This document shows positions 27,599 to 40,910 of a DNA stretch of 64,000 nt, one piece after another; position 1 is the first letter of the stretch; each line of letters begins with the position of its first letter. The notes below the pieces were generated by a model. It saw only the letters and a list, made by a program, of their open reading frames with translations. It was not told the DNA's origin and did no database searches. The translations under genes and the position numbers were made by a program. The stretch is from contig OZ024760.1 in assembly GCA_964016885.1 (NCBI GenBank), forward strand, positions 19,406,001-19,470,000, in the 5' to 3' direction. Source of the stretch: Eledone cirrhosa (Eukaryota).

Positions 27599-29411
27599 GC
27601 GAATAAACATTAAGACCGTTTTGTGTAATTACATAATTATATTTATTACGTGTTGTGCGCATTTCCGCAACGTTAGTAGATTGTAGTAACGCAATTGCAG
27701 CAGCAACAACAACAGTTGGCGTGACTTCAGCAGAAAGTTGCATAAGAATGATTATGCAAGAAAGTTTATAACAGAAAATAAATGACGTTTTGATATACTT
27801 AAACGAGAGACACACGTCCATAATTCTGTGTCTCTCCTTGATAGCCAATTTTGGAAATAACACTGCCATAAGCTTTTTGGATACTTTACTTTGTAAATTA
27901 CTGTGTAACATTAACTAAGAGCAAAGAACATTACTTAACCCTTTTGGTACTAAACCACTTGTAACTGTCTCTACTCACCGCTGTTTTTAATCTGTTTGTT
28001 TTAAAGTATATATTTATCTAAAATCTTCCATCATAATTTTATGTAAGAGCTTTTATTAGGTTATGTTGCAAACATCAACTCAGTTATGAAAAAGTTATTT
28101 ATGTTATTAAATGCTTCCAGATTTTAAAAATTATTTTCAAATTCTTGGCAGAGGGTTAAAATGTTTATATTTATCTAAAATATTCCATCATGTTTGTTTT
28201 TTTATTTTATGTAAGAACGTTTATTAAGTTATGCTCCAAACGTCAGCTTAATAATGAGAAAGATATTTCACTAAAAGGAAAGAAAAACAGATTGGATACA
28301 ATGTTTCCATTGTCTTTCCATTGCTGATACTGCCTGTCTGTCAGAACTTCTGTCAGGAGGCGGGATTTGAACTCAGAACGTACTAAGTGTTTGTGTGTGT
28401 GTGTGTGTGACAGCTCACACCTATGCAGGTTTAGCTGGCCTCCTCCAAAGTATATCTCGTTGGAGGTGTCTTGGGTAATTTAATGATAGGGACCCCTGTC
28501 CTATAATCTCATTTTTACAGTTGAGTAAACTGGAGCAACGTGAATTTAAAGTGTCTTGCACAAGGAAACAACACATCACCCGGTTCGAGAATTGAACTCA
28601 CACCCTTTCGATTGCAAGCCCAATGCGTACTAAATGGGACCAAATAGTATAAGAACTTTTATGTTCCAGGCATAATGAAAATTTAGTTATTGTTTTCAAA
28701 ATTATTTGAAAATCTTTGTCTTTCATTCTAAATATGGTAAGAGATGTCGTGTGATGTTCCATTGGTATTTCTGAGGAGCAATTGGTAACTATGAAATCCG
28801 CAGCAATTGAAGAGCAACAGTCTTTTCGGTACGGTAGGAATTGTATGCAAGGTCAGCGACTGATTATTTAGCAGCCTAGGCTAGCTCTTCAATACGTTCT
28901 TCCAGTTATTACCCAGTGCAGGATCAACGACAAATGAGACCCTATGCTAGTTAAGTTATGAGGCTCCTTACTTGGGCCCTGAAGGAGGTAAAAATTGATT
29001 TTTAAGCACATCTATGCACAATGGTAAATCCAGCACGTCGCCCAGCTTTACCTTCATATCCCACGATCGAGCGATGTGTGATTAGGCCGCCATTTGTTGT
29101 TCTAGCTATGGTAGATGTTAGATGGTTTCTCCATTTCTCCCACAGACGAGTTTGACCTACTATTTTAAACATGTTAGTCATTCGCACACTAGTTACTCTC
29201 GTTTCATTATTCTGTTTGTACTGAAGTTAAGACATCTATCAGAATAATCGTTATTTAATACAGTAAAAGTGTTAGTAAGTACAATTGTTTAAAATGTCTT
29301 TGATCACATGACGCTTGAACTTATTAATGTCGGCCATATTATCAAAGGCGATTTATATAGGTTTGATTGACTATAAGTATGCCTGTATATATATATATAT
29401 ACCAAGATAAT

Positions 29412-29594
29412 AATTGTTTCTACTTTAGGCACAAGGCCAGCAATAACCCAGTACATTACTGGTACTTTATTTTATCGACCCCGTAAGGATGAAAGGCAAA
29501 GTCAACCTCGGCGGGATTTGAACTCAGATCGTAAAGGGACGTAACTATGCTGGAAAGCATGGCGTCCGACCCTCTACCGATACTGCCAATCCAC
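29412..29594 (-). mobile_element. SINE family 1, full length
   Basis: Reverse complement of consensus. Confidence 0.92.
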
Positions 29595-29622
29595 ATGAAA
29601 ACTATATTTATAAAACCATATT

Positions 29623-29687
29623 TATTTTATTATATATATTTCAAGGGCGACCAAGCAAATTTTGGTTCGCTTTCATCAGATAAAATA
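29623..29687 (-). ncRNA. Type I hammerhead ribozyme (family C)
   Basis: UAUUUUAU CUGAUGA AAGCGAACCAA..UUGGUCGCCCUU GAAAU AUAU AUA AUAAAAUA. Confidence 0.82.
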
Positions 29688-29988
29688 CAAAATTTGTTTT
29701 CTAAATAATAATTCCTACATATTGGCAACATGACCCTCCCAAAGTATAACAATTCCTACATATATATATATATAAAAATATATATATATATATACATTTT
29801 ATAAATATATAGATACAATATATATATATATATAAGTATTTATATACACAGACATTAAAATATATAAATATATATATATATACATACTTGTATGTGTGTA
29901 TATGTATGTGTGTGTGTGTGTATATATATATAGTAATAATAATAAATTTGAAGACTAAAATCCAAAGAGGCATCGATAAGGATCCAAG

Positions 29989-30039
29989 AGTTTCGGAAGA
30001 TCCTGTTAATGGTGAAAGCAGCGATTCTTTGCTTAAACT
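29989..30039 (+). ncRNA. Hammerhead-like motif, variant core CGGAAGA (family F)
   Basis: AGUUU CGGAAGA UCCUGUUAAUGGU GAAAGCA GCGAUUCUU UGCUU AAACU. Confidence 0.5.
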
Positions 30040-30369
30040 TTAGTCTGTTATTTTAATAAATAAATAAATATATATATATATATATATGAAATGAATAAAA
30101 ATAACTATAATTAAATTACATTAAATTATTTACCAGCCAAAGGCAAAGTTAACCTCAGTGAGGTCTGAGTTCAAATCCCACCGAGGTTAACTTTGCCTTT
30201 CATCCTTATAGGGTCGATGAAATAAAGTACCAGTAATACACTTGGATAATTGCTGGTCTTGTACCAAAAGTAGAAACAATTAAATTATTTACCAACCATG
30301 TCCGTTTATCTCCATTCCGAGAACGTAATGTAGATGTTTGGACATGCTGGTAATTAATTGTTATTTATT

Positions 30370-30456
30370 TTGTTTAATAGATGCTGAAGACATCAATACA
30401 GAAGATATATATTTTCTTACTGTATTGACAGAAACGTTCGTAAATCAATTAAATAA
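30370..30456 (+). ncRNA. Type I hammerhead ribozyme
   Basis: UUGUUUAAUAGAUG CUGAAGA CAUCAAUACAG..CUGUAUUGACA GAAAC GUUC GUA AAUCAAUUAAAUAA. Confidence 0.78.
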
Positions 30457-30507
30457 TTTAATGTAATTTAATCCTGGTTATTTTTATTCATTATATATAT
30501 AAACGGT

Positions 30508-30692
30508 GGCGGTGGATTGGCAGTATCGGTAGAGGGTCGGACGCCATGCTTTCCAACATAGTTACGTCCCTTTACGGTCTGAGTTCAAATCCCGCCGAGG
30601 TTGACTTTGCCTTTCATCCTTACGGGGTCGATAAAATAAAGTACCAGTAATGTGCTGGGTAATTGCTGGCCTTGTGCCTAAAATAGAAACAA
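30508..30692 (+). mobile_element. SINE family 1, full length
   Basis: TSD ATTATATATATAAACG on both sides. Confidence 0.93.
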
Positions 30693-30788
30693 TTATATAT
30701 ATAAACGTTTGAAGTTAGAAAGCCAGAACAATGTAGATATGGATATAGAATATAAATACAAATGCAAAAGATATCGCTGACAATTAGT

Positions 30789-30839
30789 CTTTTACCTGAT
30801 ATTTCGAGATAATATCTCTTCTTCTGAGGGAAGTAAAGG
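30789..30839 (-). ncRNA. Minimal hammerhead-like motif with CAGAAGA core
   Basis: CCUUUACUUCCCU CAGAAGA AGAGAU AUU AUCUC GAAAU AUC AGGUAAAAG. Confidence 0.5.
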
Positions 30840-31151
30840 GGTTAATCCAGTGTTCTAATCAGGTCGGGTGTACAATAGGGTTTATTTACAGTATTGAGTG
30901 AAACAACGCCGTACGTTAAAAATATCCTCGACACAGAGTATTCATAACCTCTAGCTGGATTACCTTAAACGATACCTTGTTATCCTATATATACACACAC
31001 ACACATATATATATATATAGGTACGTTATTCCGGGTTGAATCAGAGGTAACCACAGTAAGTAAGGTACTCAATACATAGCAGAGTATAAAAGTTTTAATA
31101 TAGATGAGATTCTACAGGACTAGAACTGTTTCATTCTTTAGAAATCATCAG

Positions 31152-31200
31152 GATTCCTGATGATTTCTAAAGAATGAAACAGTTCTAGTCCTGTAGAATC
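31152..31200 (+). ncRNA. Type I hammerhead ribozyme (family D; element 31021-31210 with mirror copy; also 50526-50576 +, 60070-60113 +)
   Basis: GAUUC CUGAUGA UUUC UAAA GAAU GAAACAG UUCUAGUC CUGUA GAAUC; stem III ACAG/CUGU, triplet GUA. Confidence 0.82.
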
Positions 31201-31957
31201 TCATCTATATATATATATATATATATATTAAAATAACAGATTAAAATTTAAGCAAAGAATCGCTGCTTTCATCTTAATATGAAGTATTTTCGTAGAAAGG
31301 GTATATATATATATATATATATATCAGGACAGGACAGAACCAGTTTTAAACTAGTTAGACCATTACTCAACAGAGTACGCGATACTTTAGGTAGTAGAGT
31401 ATAGCTATATTATAAAGAGTTGCGGCCCGACGGCTGACCACTTGCCGTTTAAACACCTATTTCTCAAGAAATCTATAGATTTAACCTCAAATAGACGGCG
31501 GTGGTAATCATGCTGTTATTTATTTCCTTATCATTACTGGAGAGGGTTTAAGCTCAAACATGTCCCACCAGTTAGCAACCATTCAATTACCCGGCGAGCC
31601 ACCTGCCGTTTTCTTTGTACAAATGTTATCTAGGATTAGTTCATACAACGTGCTAGTTCTTTTCAACAGACGGCCTCTGGATATGGTATGAGCAAGATTT
31701 GGCTGCTAGTTCCGGTACGTCGACTGACCTAGTCTAAGCTGTTTCATTAACTTATAATAGCTTGTTGTAGTTACAAATCCCTCTCTCGTCTAACCATGTT
31801 GGTTCACTATCTTACAATCGATTAAGTTCTTTTTAATCCTAGATAAGCGTTTAACTAACCTTAAGTACGTTGAGATTCTAAAATCATTAAAAGAATAGTG
31901 AAGAGTGCTTTAAACATGTATGTGTGGGTGTACTTTCTCTCTCTCTCTCTCTCTCTA

Positions 31958-32020
<63 letters not shown>

Positions 32021-32110
32021 GCTTCGTATTGGAGGAGGCGAGGGTGAGTATTGACTATTGTAGAGATTAATATTCTTAAGTGCATCTCAGTCCTGCTACC
32101 TTGGAGTTTC

Positions 32111-32154
<44 letters not shown>

Positions 32155-32157
<3 letters not shown>

Positions 32158-32330
32158 TGAAATTCCGTTCTAACGAATACCATTATAACGAATTTTTCAG
32201 TATAACGAAATTTTTTTTTCAATCCTCGGCAACACGCTTGATGTGTTAGATCGATCTCGTTATAAATAATTTTTCATTACAACGAATTTTTTTTATATCC
32301 CGTGAATTTCGTTATAACAGAATTTCACTG
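32155..32330. mobile_element. Small TIR MITE (pogo-like)
   Basis: GTGAAATTCCGTTCTAACGAA...TTCGTTATAACAGAATTTCACTG, TA flank. Confidence 0.6.
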
Positions 32331-32358
32331 TAAATGTATGTATATATATATATATATG

Positions 32359-32417
<59 letters not shown>

Positions 32418-32948
32418 GATAAAAAGGACGATTGATTATTCCTTCATTGCATTTATTGATAGGTGACGCGCTTTTCGCCACTGATCAGCTCAAAGTTCGA
32501 TCTATATCGATCCTACCCGACTCAATAATCGACAGCTCGACGGACCCTCTTAAAATGCTATAAGCATTTTTTCCTTCTCTTTTAGTTCTGGAAATTCAAA
32601 TGTTTGAGAGTAAAAATACCCTAAAATATCAGATGATCTTGGATTTAATTCTTAGTTGTTATTGTTCTTGTTGTTGTTGTTGTGTGTTCTTGCTGTTGTT
32701 GTTGCTGTCGTTGCTAAGAAGTAAAAGAAAAATGGAATATTTATTTGTGTCACATGATAAAACCTACTGAGTTTGAAACGCGTCTGGGACATTGTTTGGT
32801 TAAAACAGAAATTAACGTTTAAACAAACAGCATATGACTACACGTACACACACATATATATAAATAAACATATATATCTGTATATATCTCTGTATATGTG
32901 TATGTATATATGTGTGTATGTATGTATATGTATAAATGTGTGTGTGTA

Positions 32949-33259
32949 TATCTATCTATCTAAGGCGGGTAAAATTCCCGAGATCCATGGACGAGTTCTC
33001 TCCAGCGGTCTCTGTCCCTCATTATCGCTGCCATATCCTGCATCTCCAACAGACCAGTGTCTGTCCTTAGGGCATCAACATATGTTAACCTTGGTCTTCC
33101 TCTTCTAGTGTGTCCATGTAGGGGCTCCCAAAGTATACACTGAGGATGAAAAACTCAGAGTTGTATGGGAGCATCCCAAAAGTCAGCTCAAAAGTGACAC
33201 AGAGAAGACTGAGGTTGGCTGGACATGCTCACCGACATCCAGAGTTGACATTGCACTCA

Positions 33260-33262
<3 letters not shown>
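32949..33262. mobile_element. RTE LINE 3' fragment with 5' inversion (minus 32949-33132, plus 33132-33262)
   Basis: Near-identical to 20824-21143; (TCTA)n tail at left. Confidence 0.9.
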
Positions 33263-33331
<69 letters not shown>

Positions 33332-34003
33332 TTGTGTATATATGTATACGCAAAGCCCTTCGAGGTCAACTATGTCTTTCATTCTTTGAGGCCAATAAAT
33401 AAAGTATTGGTTCAGTACTGAGGTCTATTTCCTCTCCCTCTTTCTTTCTCCCATGTCACTCTCCCCCTTTCTCTCTCCCTCTTTCCCTCTCCCTCTTTCT
33501 TTCTCCCATTTCACTCTCCCCCTTTCTCTCTCCTCTCAAAGAAATAACCTGTATTCAGGTACAAGCCTGAAGAAGGATGGACTCCGCCAGTTTAAAAATG
33601 TCCAAACAAACGCTATATATCACTTTGGCGTCCCTACGATTCAAGCAGGAGTTAAGTTCATATGGCATAGCCTATACGTATGTATGTGTGTGTGTGTGTG
33701 TGTGCTTGTACACCCACCCACACCCCACAACAGTTTTGGCCCAGATTCTAAATGAATCGAAACAGGATAAATATAAGACAGCGACAAATGCTCAAAGATC
33801 GGGTGTTACCAAAGATTATGTCGGTGGTAGAGACGCGGTAGGGGGTATACGTTGAATTAATGGTGGATGGAGGGGGGAGGTATCTTTGTCGATAGGGAAA
33901 TGTTACGGTCTATAGGGACTCAAAGCAAGATTAAATAGTTAAAAGAAACATATCATATAAACAAAATATCTAGGAAATCACACCAGAACCATTTTAATAT
34001 ATA

Positions 34004-34078
34004 CAGAGTGTCCCCCAAAAATGTATATACACTTTTATTGAAATACTGTTGAAGTGTGTATACATTTTTGGGGACACC

Positions 34079-34081
<3 letters not shown>
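34004..34081. mobile_element. ~80-bp Tc1/mariner-type MITE (copies 36462-36538, 48944-49020, 53672-53764; related 58744-58821)
   Basis: TIR CAG(A/G)GTGTCCC..AAAATGTATAC / GTATACATTTTTGGGACACCCTG, mostly TA-flanked. Confidence 0.78.
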
Positions 34082-34139
<58 letters not shown>

Positions 34140-34239
34140 AATGTGATTCTGTAATGTTTGTGTATGTATATATATAATGTATGTATATATATATGTTCGC
34201 ACATACACACACAGATATATATATATTTTATTCTCTCTC

Positions 34240-34279
<40 letters not shown>

Positions 34280-34404
34280 GTTGGTAGAAATCTGTAGATG
34301 AGAGATCAAGGAAAACAGTACTCAATATGTTGGAAGAGAGCTTATTTAGTGTAAACAAATGTTCTTACTCTTAACATGTTAAGAACATGAAACCTAGTTT
34401 ACAC

Positions 34405-34438
<34 letters not shown>

Positions 34439-34467
34439 TTATATTATAATATATTATATTATATAAG

Positions 34468-34652
34468 GGCGGTGGATTGGCAGTATCGGTAGAGGGTCGG
34501 ACGCCATGCTTTCCAGCATAGTTACGTCCCTTTATGATCTGAATTCAAATCCCGCCGAGGTTGACTTTGCCTTTCATCCTTACGGGGTCGATAAAATAAA
34601 GTACCAGTAATGCATTGGGTAATTGCTGGCCTTGTGCCTAAAGTAGAAACAA
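34468..34652 (+). mobile_element. SINE family 1, full length
   Basis: Consensus match; ATTATATTATAT on both flanks. Confidence 0.92.
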
Positions 34653-35395
34653 TTATATTATATTGGGTATGAATCGAAGTCGTAGCTGACATATAGCAGA
34701 TAATAATCGAGTTAAGGGCAGGCAATGACAGAGCCCTGTATAGAACACTATTTTAATACATTACCGTCTAGAATAAAGACAACAGTTAAGAAGTATGACA
34801 CACAAAAATAAAACGACCGTCGGCAGTGGCCATATTTATAACACAACAACGATAAATACAGAAAGGTTGAAGACGTATATATACAATTATCTCTTTCTCA
34901 TTGAATGAAATTACGACTATGATTAATAAGTCGCCATCTTTTGTATGATAATTTTCATACAAAAAATGGCGACTTATACATTCAGATTACGAAATGTCAC
35001 TTGGACTCGCCCACGCAAATAAAACAATGAATTGAAAGCCATTTTTTTTTTTCCTTTTGATTATTGATTCTTGGGAAGGAGAAGAAAGAGATAAGACGAC
35101 TGTGAAACAGACAGACAGACGGAAGTTGTAACTTGAGCCGATAAGCAGTAGTGTAAATGAAAATCAAGTGAATAAGTTAAGGTCAGCACATTCCAGCATA
35201 GGGAAGACAGCTATAGTAATAATAACTGTTTCTACTTTAGGCACAAGGCCAGCAAATCCCCAGTACATTACTGGTACTTTATTTTATCGACCCCGTAATA
35301 ATAACGTCTACATACTATATAGTGTTGTGTGTGTATGTTTGTGTGTATATATAGTTATGTAATAAACAACATAAGATAATTATTTCATTTACCAG

Positions 35396-35578
35396 GGGTG
35401 GATTGGCAGTATCGGTAGAGGGTTGGACGCCATGCTTTCCAGCATAGTTACGTCCCTTTACGATCTGAGTTTAAATCCCGCCGAGGTTGACTTTGCCTTT
35501 CATCCTTACGGGGTCGATAAAATAAAGTACCAGTAATGTACTGGGTAATTGCTGGCCTTGTGCCTAAAGTAGAAACAA
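35396..35578 (+). mobile_element. SINE family 1 inserted into family E HHR element (35350-35722)
   Basis: TSD AATTATTTCATTTACCAG. Confidence 0.9.
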
Positions 35579-35718
35579 TTATTTCATTTACCAGTGGTTT
35601 CTTGAAGGCAGATATTTATGGTAAATGAAATAATTATCTTATGTTGTTTATTACACAACTAAAAAGCTCTGTAGCCTACATAGAGCACTCTCTTTTCCTT
35701 TACCTTTCCTACGGAAAT

Positions 35719-35759
<41 letters not shown>

Positions 35760-36094
35760 TAAAACAGAAAACAAAAACAAAGCGAAGAGTGCAGTACAAT
35801 GTGTTAATATTAGGTTCACGCTTGATAGTGGGAGAGGGGGGATGTTTCGGGCATAAGCCCTTCATCAGGAGAAAAGTGGGCAGGAAGAGAGTTCCGAGGA
35901 TGTGAAGGCGAGTGGTGGAAAGACATTATAGGAGGGGGGGGGGCAGGATTATATATATATATATATGTGTGTCGAAACAGCCGGAGCTCTGCCGTCGGGG
36001 TCCTGACTCTTTTCCTATTACCCACTCTACTACCCTAAGTATCGAGTACTCTGGTGTGTTATGGTCCACCTGGTATCTTACCACACTTTCTTTG

Positions 36095-36133
<39 letters not shown>

Positions 36134-36283
36134 GGAAAAATTTGAGCAGGGACAAAGCAGAGAGGCAGTACAACAAATGTTTATTAATTTCACGCTCTGG
36201 AGAGTGGGGTGTTGGTGGGGGATATGTATATAATATGTTGTGCGTGTATATATATATATATATATAATATGTATATAATATGA

Positions 36284-36325
<42 letters not shown>

Positions 36326-36555
36326 GCTGTATATGTTTATATATTTATATATTTATATATGTGCTGTATATGTTTATATATTTATATATTTATATATGTG
36401 CTGTATATGTTTATATATTTATATATTTATATATGAGTATATGTGTCTTTAGATAGATATACAGAGAGTGTCCCCCAAAAATGGATACACACTTGTATTA
36501 GAATGTTTTTGAAGTGTATACATTTTTGGGACACCCTGTATATATATATAATGTG

Positions 36556-36590
<35 letters not shown>

Positions 36591-36642
36591 GTAATAATAG
36601 TAATAATAAATGTGAAGACTAAAATACAAAGAGGGTTCGATA

Positions 36643-36700
<58 letters not shown>

Positions 36701-36929
36701 ATATAAGTATATTCAATTTTGAAAGTTGGTTGATCAGATAATCCACCTATTTTATATATGTTGTTGCTATGTAATAGTTACGATGTAGAAATGGTAAAGG
36801 GGCGAGAGAGAGAGAAAGAGTGTGTGATAAAGAGAGGGGTAATAGGAGGAGGAAGAGAAGTGGTGACACTTGCAGAAGGAAACTTGACTAGCGCGACTTG
36901 CTAGTACTTTTAGTAGACTCCCTCCATTC

Positions 36930-36973
<44 letters not shown>

Positions 36974-37078
36974 GTGTATATATGTATATATATATATGTG
37001 TGTGTGTATATATATATGTATATATATATATATATATATGTGTATGTGTGTGTGTGTATATATATATATATGTGTGTG

Positions 37079-37109
<31 letters not shown>

Positions 37110-37113
37110 ATAT

Positions 37114-37147
<34 letters not shown>

Positions 37148-37163
37148 ATGTATATGTATATAT

Positions 37164-37243
<80 letters not shown>

Positions 37244-37292
37244 ATATGTATATGTATGTGTATATATATATATATATGTGTATATGTATATA

Positions 37293-37325
<33 letters not shown>

Positions 37326-37390
37326 ATATATATATATGTGTATATGTATATATGTATATATATATATATATATGTGTATATGTATATATG

Positions 37391-37425
<35 letters not shown>

Positions 37426-37478
37426 GTGTATATGTATATATGTATATATATATATATATATGTGTATATGTATATATG

Positions 37479-37511
<33 letters not shown>

Positions 37512-37710
37512 GTATATATGTATATATATATATATATATGTGTATATATGTGTATATATATATATATATGTGTATATATGTGTATATATATATATATATG
37601 TGTATATATGTGTATATATATATATGTGTATATGTATATATATATAAATATATATGTGTGTATGTGTATATGTATATATATATAAATATATATGTGTGTG
37701 TGTGTATATG

Positions 37711-37743
<33 letters not shown>

Positions 37744-38954
37744 ATATATATGTGTGTATATATATATATATGTGTGTGTATATATATGTGTGTATATATA
37801 TATATATGTGTGTGTGTGTGTATATATATGTGTGTGTATATATATATATGTGTGTATATATATATATGTGTGTGTATATATATATATATGTGTGTATATA
37901 TATATATATGTATGTGTATATATATATGTGTGTGTGTATATATGTGTGTGTATGTATATATATATGTGTGTGTGTGTATATATATGTGTGTGTGTGTATG
38001 TATATATGTGTGTGTATGTATATATATGTGTGTGTGTGTGTATATATATGTGTGTGTATGTATATATGTGTGTGTGTATGTATATATATGTGTGTGTGTG
38101 TGTGTGTATATATATGTCTGTATATATATATGAGTGTGTGTATATTATATATATATATACATACACAAACGCACACAAACGCACACACAAATGCTTAGAC
38201 ACGCACTTATATACACGCAAGCAATCACGTACATACACACATACGTCTTTGTGTTTATATGACAGAGAATGGGAGAGAGAGGTAGTGTGTGTGAGAGATA
38301 GTGTGTGAGGGGAGATATATATATAGAGAGAGAGTGTGTGTGTGTGAGAGAGAGAGAGGGACAGACAGACAAGGACAGGAAAGGGGTGAGGGTGGGTGTA
38401 GATCACATTCTGCTGAAATGTAAAAATATCAGATAAGACTTTAAGAAAGACATAGCTGTTGAAAATACTAGAAATAGTTCTCGTTTGTTTTGTTGTTGTT
38501 GTTCGTTGTTTTTTTTTTTACGTGGATTAGTCAACAACTGAAGGACAGCTTACATAATCTCAGACTTGCCAACCTCTAAGAACCCAAACGGGGGGTACCA
38601 TGATAAAAAGTGCTACAAAATGGAGGAGATTTTTACATAATGAAAACTATACCCATTTTCACAAGATAAGACATATATATATATATATATGGGTACACAG
38701 AATCGTGTGGCCATTGAAATATGTATCACAGCATGACCAATAAAGGACTACACAGAATCGTGTGGCCACTGTCGTCATTGAAATATGTATCACAGCATTA
38801 CCAATAAAGGACATCTGAAACTACTTCGCATTTTCTCATTCTAAATATACTCCGTTTTTCCTATGTGGAAAAAAGCGTCGAGTGCTTGATTTGAATTGTA
38901 TCAATATTTACCGTAAGGTTATATATGTATATATATATTAAAATAACAGATTAA

Positions 38955-39005
38955 AGTTTAAGCAAAGAATCGATGCTTTCACCCTTAACGGGATCTTCTG
39001 AAACT
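38955..39005 (-). ncRNA. Hammerhead-like motif with CAGAAGA core (family F; also 49971-50021 -)
   Basis: AGUUU CAGAAGA UCCC GUUAA GGGU GAAAGCA..UGCUU AAACU. Confidence 0.6.
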
Positions 39006-39084
39006 ACGGTTTTATATATATTTATATATATATATTATCCTTATCGAACCCTCTTCGCATTTTAGTCTTCACATTTATTGTTAT

Positions 39085-39114
<30 letters not shown>

Positions 39115-39120
<6 letters not shown>

Positions 39121-39629
39121 ATACTTTGGGAGGGTCATGTTGCCAATAAGAAACACACGCACCAGTTGCTTTCACTTCAATTTATTATAAATTAAATTTA
39201 TAAATTTAGGAATTTATAAATTTCCGGTGGGTTGGTTGGTTCCACAACCAGATGATTGTTCATATATTGTCAAAGTTCTTTCGTCACACATTCTGTGACC
39301 TCTTCAGTGACTGGGGATTATTTTCTTTGTTTTTGTGCCTCTCCTTTGTTCTGTCCTACGCCATCTTGTTTTTGTGTGTGTTGTGTGCTTAGTTTGCGAA
39401 TCTGTGGGTGTTTATATTTGTTTATTTATTTGTTTATTTACATGTTACTGGTTGGTTGTTTGTTCTGTGTGTGTGTGTTTTCATTTTGTCCTTAATTGTA
39501 AGTTGTGATGTTGCTGTTCCATTCATGTTTTCTATTTAATTTTGGTTGGAGTTCATTTATGTTTATTGCCTCTGTGATTTGCGTGTGTTTCTTATTGGCA
39601 ACATGACCCTCCCAAAGTATAACAATATC
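39115..39629 (-). mobile_element. PLE-like element with ~48-bp terminal inverted tail and internal HHR (39269-39311)
   Basis: Ends ATTGTTATACTTTGGGAGGGTCATGTTGCCAATAAGAAACACACGCA and its reverse complement; minus GUCA CUGAAGA GGUCACA GAAUG UGUGAC GAAAG AA CUU UGAC. Confidence 0.75.
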
Positions 39630-39674
39630 AACACACGTTTTCAGATAAAGAATCTTGCTAAACAAATTCAGAAA

Positions 39675-39729
<55 letters not shown>

Positions 39730-39796
39730 AAAAGGGAAGTAAGGTTCTATACAAAACAGTGGTTATAGGGAGAAGGTGAAATTGGATATTTATATA

Positions 39797-39980
39797 TAGA
39801 CCTGCCAACCTCTAAAAACCCAAACGGGGAGTACGAAAAGTGTCTCAAAACGAGGAGAAATGAGGCAAAATGAGATTTTACATAATGAAAGCTATACCCA
39901 CTTTCACAAGGAAAGATATCTCACCCACCCCAAAGTAGATGAGAGATATCCCCGTCGGACGGAGAGACTTGACAGATCTG
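39797..39980. mobile_element. Non-autonomous TIR element, ends (C/T)AGACCTGCCAAC...TTGACAG(A/G)TCTG (copies 38561-38670, 56105-56240, 56711-56780, 58635-58730)
   Basis: Shared internal AAACCCAAACGGGG..GAAAGCTATACC; imperfect TIRs. Confidence 0.6.
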
Positions 39981-40179
39981 TAATCCCCTTTCCGGGCCTT
40001 TGCGAATGTCTGGAAGGGGAATAGGGGGGCAGGATCAGGGCCTTATAATCTTGTTTCCTATTCCAAACATGTATCTACTCTGGGAAATTCCACGAAGAGA
40101 CGATCTTATTCTCTGACAATAGGCTTGACATGGTCCGAATGTTTGTTACAACAGAGTAGTGTCTGCTAACGGCACCCAA

Positions 40180-40910
40180 GGTCCAGATGGTGGTGGTGGT
40201 CATGGTGGTGGTGTTAAACAGGGTGACAAATGAAGTCTACCAATTATGTGGACTCTGCTAAAGATACACAAGGTCCAGATGCTGGTGGTGGTGTTGGTGG
40301 TGTTAAATCAGACGATATAAAAGTCTACGACCAAGGACCAAGTGGTGGTGTTAAACCAGGCAACGAGTAATGTCTACCACCCAAGGATCAGATGATGGTG
40401 GTTTTAAACCAGTCGACGGAGGATGGGGTTATAACAGACGATTTAAATCTACCGCTCAAAGATGAGATTATGATAGTGTGTTACACCAGACGATTTATGT
40501 CTACCACCCAAGGATCAGAGGGGGTGGTTTAAATCAGACGATTTAAATTTACCACCGAAGGATCAGGGGAGGGGTTAAACCAGACGATTTAAACGTACCA
40601 CCCAAAGATCAGATGGGGTGGTTTAAATCAGACGATTTAAATTTACCACCGAAGGATCAGGGGAGGGGTTAAACCAGACGATTTAAACGTACCACCCAAA
40701 GATCAGATGGGGTGGTTTAAATCAGACGATTTAAATTTACCACCGAAGGATCAAGGGAGGGGTTAAACCAGACGATTTAAACGTACCACCCAATGATCAG
40801 ATGGTGGTGGTGTTAAACCAGACGACGAGTTAAGTCTCGCATACAAAGACTAGTTGGTTATTGGTGGTGGCGATGGTAAACCAGGAGATCAATTAAGTTT
40901 ACCACCCAAG
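40180..40910. repeat. ~47-bp minisatellite with 94-bp higher-order dimer
   Basis: AAACCAGACGATTTAAA...ACCACC.AAG.ATCAG; identical 94-bp period at 40527, 40621, 40715. Confidence 0.9.
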
